A stretch of DNA of 35,890 nucleotides, taken from NCBI GenBank assembly GCA_030167865.1, contig JALAGF010003843.1, forward strand, positions 62,001-97,890, written 5' to 3'. Below the pieces are notes generated by a model that saw only the letters and a list, made by a program, of their open reading frames with translations, was not told the origin of the DNA and made no database searches. Position 1 is the first letter of the stretch. The number at the start of each line of letters is the position of its first letter. Source of the DNA: Craspedostauros australis. Taxonomy: Eukaryota. Shown here piece by piece: positions 19,578 through 29,372 of this stretch. The translations under genes were made by a program, and so were the position numbers.

Positions 19578-21284
19578 ATGGCCCTCTCGACCAACCCACC
19601 CGCAACGATGGCAGTGCCAGCAACCGAAGCCAACGCCCGCTCGATTCTCATGATACGTTCCCAACTGGCCGCAGCCCAAGCTACTAACTTCGGGCAAGTT
19701 GGACTGCAGACCCTGCCGCTTCCAGCCATCCCAGCGCCCACAACAGCACCGACGGTCCGGCCAGAAGTCGGAGCCACGAACACAGGTCTGCTCCAGCCAA
19801 CAACGGAAGCAACAACGGAAGCAACAGGAGCAGGAACAGTCCTCCCGTACCTCCCTGCTGGAGCTGGTGCGACTCTGGTTGGACCCACCGGCTCCCTGCC
19901 TCCGCCAATGCTCATGTCTCTGCCGCATCAGCAATTCCAGTACTTGGTTATCCCAACGCACCTGCCTGCTGGGGCAGCACCAGGCGTTGCAGCGCCTCCT
20001 GGCATCTCTCTGACACAGACTGCGCCAGACATGGCACTGCCAACCACCATGACCCTAGCTGGTGTGGGCCCAATGGCGGCCCCGGCCCCACCCAACGCTG
20101 CGAGCCTGCAACCACTCCAGACGTTTCATCTCTCCCAGGCACACCCGCCCCCGGGCGTTTTCCCTCCTCCTCCTCTCGGAGCAAGCATTTTCCCGTATCC
20201 CCTCTATCCCGGCGCATCTCCCAGCCTCATCCACAACACCCAAGCGAATGACTTGTTGGCGTTGGAAAGGATCGTCGAGTCGACCATGGCAAGACAACGC
20301 CAGGCGCGGTATGGTCTGCTTGCTCAAAAAGTTGAAGCCGGCATGAGCGGCACTGCAGACCAAGGCGTCGGTGGCATCAAGGATACTGGCAGAGACGCGC
20401 CGAAAAGTCAGTCCCTCAACCCTGCCGATCCATCGCCCGACCACATCAGATCTTCGGTTTCAATGTCGTCGTCATTATCATTATCATCATCGTCGTCAAC
20501 CTCGTCATCATCCTCGTCGTCATCCTCGGTCTCATCATCATCATCATTATCATCGTTACCGCAGCGGCAGAACGTCCCCGACAATGGCAGAGCAAACTTC
20601 GGGAATGGTTGTCATCAACGCCAACCCAAATGTGGATCAAACATTGGCGATGATGCTCCTATCCCACCGCGGTCGATGAACAGAATTCCTCAAGAGAAGG
20701 TGAAGGCCCCCTCATCGAATCAAGCCAACACCTCACCAATTTATGGCAAGTTGCCATACTTGAGCAGCACCAACACTCCCAGGAAGCATCACCGGCGCAT
20801 GGACACCAAATGGAATGAAAACTTCGAGAAGTTGGTGGAATTCAAGAAACGTCACGGCCACGTCAACGTACCCCACGCCGTCGGCAAGCTAGGCACGTGG
20901 GTCAACTCGCAACGCAACCAGTACAAGGAGTACCTCAACCTGCTCGGCGGAGGCAAGCCCAAGCAATTCTCCACAAGACCGAATGGCAAACCGATCTTTC
21001 GGACCGTCCTGAGCCCCGATCGCATCCACAAGCTCAATTCGATCGGGTTCCGGTGGCAGATCCGGGCATGCCACGTGCCGTGGGAGAAGCGATACAAGGA
21101 GCTGGCAGCGTACAAGGAGCAGTTCGGAACGACTGATGTCCCAATTGGATTTCATGACACCAAGGGGCTGGCAAGATGGCTGAAGAATCAGCGGATTCAT
21201 TACGCCAAGAAGAAGCAGGGCAAGCCAACCCGGCTGTCGGACGAGCAGGTGGAGAAGATGAACAAGCTGAACTTCACCTGGTAA
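19578..21284 (+). CDS. Helicase-associated (HA) domain protein: two C-terminal HA domains and a Pro/Ala/Ser-rich N-terminus; putative DNA-binding regulator
   Basis: KWNENFEKLVEFKKRHGHVNVP...LGTWVNSQRNQY...RIHKLNSIGFRW and PWEKRYKELAAYKEQFGTTDVP...LARWLKNQR...QVEKMNKLNFTW match the HA repeat (PF03457-type) expanded in diatoms. Confidence 0.9.
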   Translation: MALSTNPPATMAVPATEANARSILMIRSQLAAAQATNFGQVGLQTLPLPAIPAPTTAPTVRPEVGATNTGLLQPTTEATTEATGAGTVLPYLPAGAGATLVGPTGSLPPPMLMSLPHQQFQYLVIPTHLPAGAAPGVAAPPGISLTQTAPDMALPTTMTLAGVGPMAAPAPPNAASLQPLQTFHLSQAHPPPGVFPPPPLGASIFPYPLYPGASPSLIHNTQANDLLALERIVESTMARQRQARYGLLAQKVEAGMSGTADQGVGGIKDTGRDAPKSQSLNPADPSPDHIRSSVSMSSSLSLSSSSSTSSSSSSSSSVSSSSSLSSLPQRQNVPDNGRANFGNGCHQRQPKCGSNIGDDAPIPPRSMNRIPQEKVKAPSSNQANTSPIYGKLPYLSSTNTPRKHHRRMDTKWNENFEKLVEFKKRHGHVNVPHAVGKLGTWVNSQRNQYKEYLNLLGGGKPKQFSTRPNGKPIFRTVLSPDRIHKLNSIGFRWQIRACHVPWEKRYKELAAYKEQFGTTDVPIGFHDTKGLARWLKNQRIHYAKKKQGKPTRLSDEQVEKMNKLNFTW

Positions 21285-21664
21285 GCTGTTTCTCCGCAAC
21301 ATGAAGTCGAAGTGGCGTACTCTATGTACGCATGTCAGTTCATTCCGATCTGGTGTAATCAGTAGTCCATAAGTAGATACCATTGCAATGCTATCCACGA
21401 GCACACAGCATGCCAGTGCATTGCAGCAGTGCAATGCAGCACAGAGCATCGTACCGCGCAGTGCCGGAGCAAACCCGCACGTGCACGTGTGCATGTCGCA
21501 AGACCAACGCACCTGCTCCATGGAATGCTACTGGTACGTCGGCAACGTCAGCAGTCTTCGTACGGATCCAGCTCGGAGATAGCCAAAGATCAGCAGTGGC
21601 CGCAGGCATGCTACTGCATAACGAGGAGGAAGAACGCATACCAAGCATGCTGTTGAGCAGGCGC

Positions 21665-21688
21665 GCTCTCTCTCTCTCTCTCTCTCTC
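21665..21688. repeat. (CT)n microsatellite
   Basis: Read directly. Confidence 0.85.
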
Positions 21689-22701
21689 GCTCTCAAGTGA
21701 TGTTCATGATTGCAGGCAGCCATACTGATGGTGAAGAAGAGATAGCCAGACGATCGTATTGTCTCACAAGCAGGCATGCGTGTACACTTGCGATAATAGA
21801 GAGCGTAGTCTAGGAAGATCGCAAATACAATAGGAGAATCTACGTATGATACTCGACTCTGCTCTGCACTCCACCGGGAACAACAGGGAGGTTACTCATC
21901 CGGCCTCGGTCTCGGCCTCATGGTTGGCGGAGCTCGTAATGCACTCTCGTTGCATCGGGCGCCCAGTTCCTTCGATCCCGATCCGAAGTTCAGATCTTCT
22001 CCTCCGCAACTTGTGTTGGGGACTTTTTTCGTGTTTTAGGTTCTTGTTTGGAGTTCGAGACAGGCATCACAAGTTCGCATGAGTGCAACAGTGGAGGATG
22101 GGACCTTCCCCACGTCGCGGTTACACAGACGTCTTCAAGTTGTTTGTTTCACCTTTGGGGTGTTTCGTGGACGACCACGAACAGCGCACACGCGAACGAC
22201 AAGATGATCCATGGAATCATCCCCACTGTTTCGGATTCTTCGCGCAGGCGCGCGAGAGTATGATAATTGGGAAATAGCGCCTTCGCGCAGACTCCCATGA
22301 ACGCAATTGTTCGTCGCGCTTGGATTCGTTGGAGTCGGGCGGTTTGCTGCCATAATTTTCACGAGCTAGTTCAGACCTCGCACATGAAGTCAAACAGTCG
22401 CAGGGATCAAAGATACGAAGACAACACACCAACGAAGAAGATGAGGTGTCGAACCGCAAAACGCCCCGAACAGCACAGACACAGACACAGACGCAGAGAG
22501 GCTGTGTCAGCGATTGACTGACCATGGCACAATTGCGTCGTTGGGGTTGATCCTTCGCTTTTTGTTGGATCCCACAATTGCACGATCACCATACAATCAG
22601 CAGCTGTTGCCAACATCGCTTCATCCCTCCAGAGTCATCATCACCATTCTTCATACACTCCACTCCACTCCACTGCATTCCAGACACCATCTAAGAACAC
22701 G

Positions 22702-23310
22702 ATGAGCCAACGAACGCAGATGCGGAGACCGCTGCGCCTCATCGTGGCGATCGCTCTGATTGCTGTTGGACGGACGCGGCATGCGCTGGCATTCTCCATG
22801 CCGTCGCAAAACGCGGCCACGGACCGCCGATCGTTCTGCGCGTGGGCGCTGGTCGCATGCCCGACGTCCGCATCCGCGCTGAACAAGGAGACGAAGGACA
22901 CGATGCTGTTCCTGAAGGACACATCTACTGATGTCGCCAAGGAGCGCTTTCGCTTGGCGCGTTCCGATCTGGCCTACCTCGTCGAGCATTACGCCGAGAT
23001 CAGCGCGTCGGGAGGCGGCGACGCCGTGCGCAACTATCTGGGCACGCAGGGCATCACCAGCGGGATGTACGGCATCCAGAAGGTGCTGAAGCGGCTGCAG
23101 GGGGAGGCGGACGATATCGTGGAGTACACGGAGACCATGGACGAGTTCAACGCGTATCTGTATCAGGCAGAAGGCGCCGCGTACCAATCCATGTTCGCGC
23201 AACATTCGTCTTCGCGGTCCACTCCGGAATCCTTGCTGGCCACCGCCAAGCAGGACGTTCTGCAGATGGTCAAGTACATGGATCGCATGGCCGAGCAGCT
23301 CAGCATATAG
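22702..23310 (+). CDS. Putative thylakoid-lumen helical protein with tripartite targeting (start may be ATG 22720)
   Basis: Signal peptide ending HALA-F; twin-Arg DRRSF followed by a hydrophobic stretch and A-S-A cleavage motif; helical mature region with GGGDAVRNYLGT. Confidence 0.75.
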   Translation: MSQRTQMRRPLRLIVAIALIAVGRTRHALAFSMPSQNAATDRRSFCAWALVACPTSASALNKETKDTMLFLKDTSTDVAKERFRLARSDLAYLVEHYAEISASGGGDAVRNYLGTQGITSGMYGIQKVLKRLQGEADDIVEYTETMDEFNAYLYQAEGAAYQSMFAQHSSSRSTPESLLATAKQDVLQMVKYMDRMAEQLSI

Positions 23311-23887
23311 CGGTGTGGAGTACAACTCCGCTCAACACTCTACTCAACACTCTACTCAGCATACATATTATATTATTCATCGTACAGTGAATCAGAGTAC
23401 TCTAGTGCACATGGTAGAAATGTTCGTGCACTGAGCACCCATCGAAACTCTTGAGAGTGCATTACACATCATCGACTGTTGTTTCTATATTTTGCATATT
23501 TGCACGACGGAGCAGCAGTGATCGGCATGCGCTCTATGAAAGATACTTGGGGAATGCACAGATTCCTTTCTCTGTCTGGAGAGAAACAGAGAGACAGAAA
23601 CTATTGATCTACTCCTACGTTTCCACAGGACAGCTACAGACAGCAACGGCATGGCCGATGCTTGTCATGTTGGCCCATGATGAATAATTTCTCCTACGTT
23701 TTCTTGGCCATTTCTCGCTTCAAATTGTGAACGAAATGCCAACCTCCAATAATCGATATTCGCAGCACGATGAGGTGGTCGAATGGAAGACGCCGCATGT
23801 TGCTCGCATGATCCTTTGTTCGTGATTGCCCGACGGTCGGTGCCTTCAAGACGCAGAGAAGAGCGTACCGGTTGCGCGCGCACGTGG

Positions 23888-23976
23888 ATCCTTGTCGTCA
23901 GTTTCTCCTGGACGATCGTCATGGGCGCATTGGCACCAACGATCCTCCGCAGGGAAACGTCATTCACGGCAACGAT
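23888..23976 (-). promoter_or_regulatory. SECIS-like stem-loop in the 3' UTR of the selenoperoxiredoxin
   Basis: Minus strand: ATCGTTG ccgtga ATGAC GTTTC cctgcggag GATCGTT GGTGC caat GCGCC cat GACGATC gtccagga GAAAC TGAC ga CAAGGAT. AUGAC (23963-23959) faces UGAC (23900-23897), forming the G.A/A.G quartet, with a lower helix and a long upper helix. Confidence 0.65.
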
Positions 23977-24045
23977 GTTTCTGCGTCTCCCGTTCTCCAC
24001 TGTCATCCTGCGTGCATACGAAAGATGCACATGCCGTGCCACTCT

Positions 24046-24654
24046 CTAGAGCTCCTCGGATGCAGCATCGCTGCCGAGTTCCTTGAGCACGGAGAGCATA
24101 TTGGGCGCGCAGGTGCTTTCCGGAAAGTCATCGCCGGCCGGATCGCCGGGTCCTTCGGAGAGCTGGACCGACGTGACGACGCCGTCCTGAATGACGAGCG
24201 CGAATCGCTTGCAGCGGTTGATGAGTCCGAGACTCTGCGGGCCGTCGTGCGTGAGCTCCATGTCGAGGGCCCTCGTGATGACGGAGAAGGGATCCGCCAT
24301 GAGCGTGACGAGGCCGTCGTCTGGGATCTTCTGATCGTCGGACCAGGCCTGCATGACGGCGCCGTCGTTGACGCAGTAGACGATGACCTTGTCCACGCCA
24401 GCCTGCTTGAGTGCGTCTTGATTGTCCAGATAACCAGGGATCTGGACGTTGGATCAGGTGGGCGTGAAGGCACCCGGCAGTCCCACGACGATGACCGTCT
24501 TGCCGGCGATGTAGTCGGCAAAGTCGACCGACTTGGGTGGGAAGCCCTGGTGGAAGTCCAATCCGGAGGGGATGACGTCGCCCACCTTCACGGCGTTGAC
24601 AGCGGCGGCGCAGGCCAGGACGCCGACCAGCAGCGACATGAGCGTGGACACCAT
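24046..24654 (-). CDS. Selenocysteine-containing peroxiredoxin (Prx5/Redoxin type) with signal peptide and C-terminal SEEL; Sec codon TGA at 24456..24454
   Basis: Single frame of 202 aa: signal peptide, KVGDVIP, GLPGAFTPT-[TGA]-SNVQIPGY, YCVNDGAVMQAW, LMADP, CKRFALVIQDGVV, ESTCAPNML, SEEL-TAG. The TGA occupies the peroxidatic Cys position of PGAFTPxCS. Confidence 0.9.
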
Positions 24655-25705
24655 CGTTGTTTGTTCTATTGCTATTACGATTACTAGTGCTGGTGCTTGT
24701 GCTGGTGCTGGTGTATACCAATCGAGAGTCGTCCTCTCAGTCTCTCTCAGTCTCTCTCTTGAGTTATGACGGCCCAAGCGAGGTTGGCTTCGTTGCTTCG
24801 CCAGATCATCGGCGTGGAAGCGTTGGAGCGGTTCGCACTGTTGAAAGGCGTTTTCTTCGACCTTCTCTTGTGCACATCACTGGTTGTCGTCTTTGCCTCT
24901 GGTCGACCACATGGATCAAATCAAAGGAATGGGCGTTGTATGACCACCTCGACTTTCTGCTCGACCAATCGTACTTGTTTAGACTTCTGTGTTGAGTCGT
25001 GACTATCTGCAAACGGATGACTGACTTCAGTCCGAATGAATCTGAACTCGGGACCAACGAATCTCGATCATCGCAGACAAGACATGAGAAACGACACGAC
25101 ATGACGCTTCACGACTCTGTGCTTTTGTGTGCCGCGACTTGGTCATACTTAAGGGAAGTTCGGGCTTTCTCGTTAAGTACTGTGACATCTTGCTTCCAGA
25201 GGTGGAGGGCGTTGCTGGCGGCAGCTCACCGAGTTCCTTGGAGGTTGGCGTTCTTCTTCGCTTGTTGGGCTTCCTTTGTTTGGGAATCTGTGGTGAATGT
25301 GGGATGCCATCGCCTGAGCGGTTATGTTGTTGTTCCTTCCGACTATCCGTGCGAAAGTTGTTGTGCGATTTGCGGACTTGTGGTCTTGGTGTTGTGTGCG
25401 TATACTTCCTACCACGCGAGTACGAGGATGAGTACAAGCGCAGTGACTGTGTGTTGGAATCCATTTCCCCTCCCTCCATCCACTTCGTTCCACGCTGCGT
25501 TGGTATCCACATTACATCCACGTTGCCATACATCATCCTGCACATCGAATGCAAAGAGGGTTCGAAGAATACTGACGCAACCACAACCACACAACCACAA
25601 ACACGCACATCGACCTCTGCTGCTCTCCAGAGAGTGTTGTGCGGAGACCCCTCCTTTGTCCTCACAACAGCCACCAAGAAAGCAAGAAAGGCAAGAACGC
25701 GGACA

Positions 25706-28576
25706 ATGGAGAACGGCGCGAAAGAAGACGGCAGCTGGGCCTGCCAGGCATGCACGTTCGTGAACAGCAACCCAACCGGGCTGAGCTGCGAAGTGTGCTG
25801 GAGCAAGAGGCGTGGCCCCGTGCCGTCGTCGCGCCCTGCAGCCACCGTCGTGACGCTGCTGCCGCCGCCGCAGGACCTGAACAAGAGCAAGGACGGCGAC
25901 TGCACGGACAGCACCGACTCGCACACCCTGGACAGCGACAGCACGGGCTCGCAGCCATCCGCGGTGGGCTTCGGTCTTGGCGACGCCGACGCCCCGCTGT
26001 CGCCGCCCAAGCGCAAGTCCAAGCGCCGCAGCAGCCAGCGCTGTTATCAGGACACGCTGGTGGACGAGGCTCCTGGCAACACCAACGTCAGCAGCAACGT
26101 CAGCAGCAACGGCGCCAAGAGCAGCAGCGACTCGCTGCAGACGGCCACGACGCATGCGCAGGCGGCCGAGTACTCCTACTTCCACTCCATCCAACAGGAG
26201 ACCTTGCGACGCAGCCACGCCGCGCACGTGGCCAAGACCAACGCGCAGAACAAGACGCTCTCGCTGTCCACCTTCGCGCAGTCCACGTCCAACATACTGC
26301 TCGATCCCAAGACGCTGCAGTCGCTGCTGGCCAAGCAGGAGTACTACGACAAGGTCGCTGTCGGAGATCAGGATGCGCCCTTCTCCAACAACCCTGGCAA
26401 CGGCCATGACAACGACGACCAGGACGACCTGCTGCACCAAGAGATCGCCCGCAAGCTCGAGGAGGACGACCACTTCGATGAGGAGGCCATCACGAAGGCC
26501 TTCTACGCAGCCAAGAAGGACCGCATGCGCAAGAACGCCGCCGCTTCAAGCTCCTCCTGCACCTCCGTGCCCTACAGCTTCCGCATCGCCTTCCTCATCG
26601 CTCTGGCCCTGCTGGCCTGGTTTTCTGCCAAGCCGGCGCAGTCCAACATCGCGGTCATCACGTACCATCATGACAACGGCCACAACGTCAGCCGCGACGC
26701 CCTTCTCATGGAGGATCTCGAGGACACCCACATTGGCCTGTACGGATTCTCCACTCACGAGACGCAGTCGGAGCTCTCGCCGTCCAAGAAGAGCTTCCTC
26801 TACTACACGATGCAGCAGGAGTCCTTCTTCGTCACCTTCATCCTGCAGCTGGCCAGGCTGTGGTTCAGCCACATCGCCAGATCGGCCGCGGCCTTCATCG
26901 TCCTGCCCATGATCTTCGTCTGTGCCGTCATCGCGGTGTCCTCCAGCAAGCACCAGCACCAGTCGCCATCATCGCGACGCCGTCCGCAAACCAACGCCAA
27001 GCGCGTCCTCACCGTCTTGACGGCCTTGCTCGCGCTGGGACCGTGGCTGTGTCTCACGGCGGTCTTCCGATCTCCGCTGTGCAACTCTCATCATCCCATC
27101 CAGCTCAACTACCAATCCATCATCACCAACGTCGAAATGAACTTGGGCTACGATGAAGATGACGATGACTCCATCGACCGCACCATGCACGTCTTTTACG
27201 CCACCACCGCCAACTACGTTGACGAAGCACAGCCAGCCTTCACCGCATCGTGCCATGCCACAAGCGGGGCCCATTGGATCATCGCCTGCTCGTTGCTTTG
27301 GTTCATGGTATTCCTGGGCGTCCGCTTCTGGCTCTTCACGCCCACCGCCACCACCGCAGCAGCAGCAGAACGCGACGACAATGACGCGCAGGGCGAAAAC
27401 GCGCATCTGTACGCCGCGCACGGCCTCGAGCCGTTGTGGCAGCGTCCCAAGTTCTTGCTCAATGGCATGACCGTGGCCAGCATCATCACGTTCCTCCTCT
27501 GCATGCCAACCTACTGGATCCGCAAGGGATACCTCGTCAACACGGGCACCGTCGACGAGCGCACCATCACGCAGATCTTTGGCTGGAACCGCATGAATCC
27601 GGTGCGCCAGAACATTGTCTACTCCGAAGAGCAGCGTCAGATCATTCAGCACGAGGTGTTTGGTCCGCACGTGCGCACCTGGGCGTGGCTGCCGGCCGCC
27701 CTCATCGCCGTCTGCGTGCTGTACCTCCTCAAGGCGCAGTACGTCATGTGGTACCAGCATTACAAGGAACAGTTGGCGCAGCAACAGCGCGAGCGGCAGC
27801 AGACCAACAAGCTGCTCTCGGTCTGGTTCTACCCCGTCGCCAGAAACATCGACTTTGGCGACGATGAGAACGACGACAGCAGCAACGACGTCACGTCGCC
27901 CTTCCTCCACACCGTATCCTCCAGATGGCTGCGCCTCATCTCGGTGCTGTCCTTCGTGGCGGGACTCTGGATCGCATCCACGGCCGTCGTCATCCACATG
28001 CGTGCCACATCGTCCGGTCTCTGCTCGCGCACCGACTTCCCCGAGTTCCAGTTCGTCGAAGCGCTCGACTTTGACGACAACGCGACGCAAGTCGCCTACG
28101 GTCTCACGAACCAAACGGACCTGCTCTTCTTCGCGTTCGATTCCGAAGACGCCGTGCCATCCTCCTTCTGGCGCGGTACCGACATCGTCGGTCATCCCAC
28201 CGCGCACGCCGTCTCGTGTCATTTGACGCAGTACGCCATCTTTTGGATTGTCGGCGCCGTGCTGGCCATGATGATGGGCATGCTGGGTTGCTACGTCGAT
28301 CACGAGATCCGGCAGGCCCATGATACGTTCGCGGCGTTGTATCCCGGTGTGATGAAGACGTCTGCATCGCGTTGCGGCAACTGCTTCCAAACGTGCGGCG
28401 ACGTCGTCTCCACGATCTGTCTGCCCACCGTGCCATTCGTCGATCACGACGTGAGTGCGCAGCAGCAGGAGGAGATGGCCGGCTTGAACTCATGTCCTCC
28501 TGGAGGATTTCATCGCAAGGCATCGAAGCGCAACTCTGCTGAAATCAACCGGGAGCCGATCAACATTGTCATTTAA
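25706..28576 (+). CDS. RanBP2-type zinc finger plus multi-pass (~8 TM) membrane protein
   Basis: Likely ATG 25706 (MENGAKEDG), where codon usage becomes coding-like; WACQACTFVNSNPTGLSCEVC is a W-x-C-x2-C-x3-N-x7-C-x2-C finger; about 8 hydrophobic segments from ~26580 to 28300. Confidence 0.85.
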   Translation: MENGAKEDGSWACQACTFVNSNPTGLSCEVCWSKRRGPVPSSRPAATVVTLLPPPQDLNKSKDGDCTDSTDSHTLDSDSTGSQPSAVGFGLGDADAPLSPPKRKSKRRSSQRCYQDTLVDEAPGNTNVSSNVSSNGAKSSSDSLQTATTHAQAAEYSYFHSIQQETLRRSHAAHVAKTNAQNKTLSLSTFAQSTSNILLDPKTLQSLLAKQEYYDKVAVGDQDAPFSNNPGNGHDNDDQDDLLHQEIARKLEEDDHFDEEAITKAFYAAKKDRMRKNAAASSSSCTSVPYSFRIAFLIALALLAWFSAKPAQSNIAVITYHHDNGHNVSRDALLMEDLEDTHIGLYGFSTHETQSELSPSKKSFLYYTMQQESFFVTFILQLARLWFSHIARSAAAFIVLPMIFVCAVIAVSSSKHQHQSPSSRRRPQTNAKRVLTVLTALLALGPWLCLTAVFRSPLCNSHHPIQLNYQSIITNVEMNLGYDEDDDDSIDRTMHVFYATTANYVDEAQPAFTASCHATSGAHWIIACSLLWFMVFLGVRFWLFTPTATTAAAAERDDNDAQGENAHLYAAHGLEPLWQRPKFLLNGMTVASIITFLLCMPTYWIRKGYLVNTGTVDERTITQIFGWNRMNPVRQNIVYSEEQRQIIQHEVFGPHVRTWAWLPAALIAVCVLYLLKAQYVMWYQHYKEQLAQQQRERQQTNKLLSVWFYPVARNIDFGDDENDDSSNDVTSPFLHTVSSRWLRLISVLSFVAGLWIASTAVVIHMRATSSGLCSRTDFPEFQFVEALDFDDNATQVAYGLTNQTDLLFFAFDSEDAVPSSFWRGTDIVGHPTAHAVSCHLTQYAIFWIVGAVLAMMMGMLGCYVDHEIRQAHDTFAALYPGVMKTSASRCGNCFQTCGDVVSTICLPTVPFVDHDVSAQQQEEMAGLNSCPPGGFHRKASKRNSAEINREPINIVI

Positions 28577-29372
28577 AGAGAGACGGTGGTGGCCAAGATG
28601 ACAGCATCCTGCTTGGAATATAGTATTATACACGCCAGCAGTTCGATGCCGCAGCACATATATGTAACCTGTAGAATGGATATACACAAACACACAACAC
28701 ATATGCACATGCACCTGGTCGACGCAGTTGTGGAGGATAGCACAGTGCTCAACTCTCTTGGTATGTCTGGCAGTGCTCTGGTCTATCGTCGTGAAGCGCA
28801 TCGGTACCACACAAAAAGTGGACACCAAGAAAAGGGCGATTGAATCGTGTGAGATAATTAGTCACGAGGTTGCCATTCTTGGTGGGACTGTTGATCGACA
28901 GACGGTGTCAGTAGTGTTGATACGTGGGGCGGATTTAGTACAGCCGAGAGCCGCATATTTTGTTGTGGATGACATGCAGTTGTTTTGGATGGTGGAGGAA
29001 TCCCAACGCGGTTGTGCGGATCTGAAAGTGCATCTCGTGCAAGCCCTCTGCTCAACTCTTTTCGCAGCACTCTTGATCGGCGCATCCACCAGCACTGCAA
29101 CACTCTCCGAATAGACCCGTCCATCCAACCGTCGTCGACATCTTGTGTGATTCCAATCCAGTTGCTGTTGTTGCTGTTGTTGCGAGAGTAGCAGAATAGC
29201 GGAGCAATCGAAGCGAAGATACCCTTGCGGAGCCCTTGAGACAGACAGATTCCTGGGACATCAACTACGAGTGCAACAGTGTAACGGTGCAACAGCGTAA
29301 CAGTGCAGAGTAGGACAAGTGCAGCAACATACTCGCTGAGCACATCAGATAGCAGCAGCAGGCAGAACGAAG

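Noticed and set aside
24454-24456. Peroxiredoxin pseudogene or nonsense mutation
   Set aside because: The only lesion is a TGA exactly at the catalytic Cys, everything else is intact, and a SECIS-like hairpin follows; Sec recoding is more parsimonious
25127-25705. 193-aa N-terminal extension of the ZnF-TM ORF
   Set aside because: Starts at GTG and has UTR-like composition; coding-like codon usage begins at ATG 25706
26969-28447. 492-aa antisense ORF (and similar long shadow ORFs over other genes)
   Set aside because: Expected by-product of high GC3 codon bias on the opposite strand
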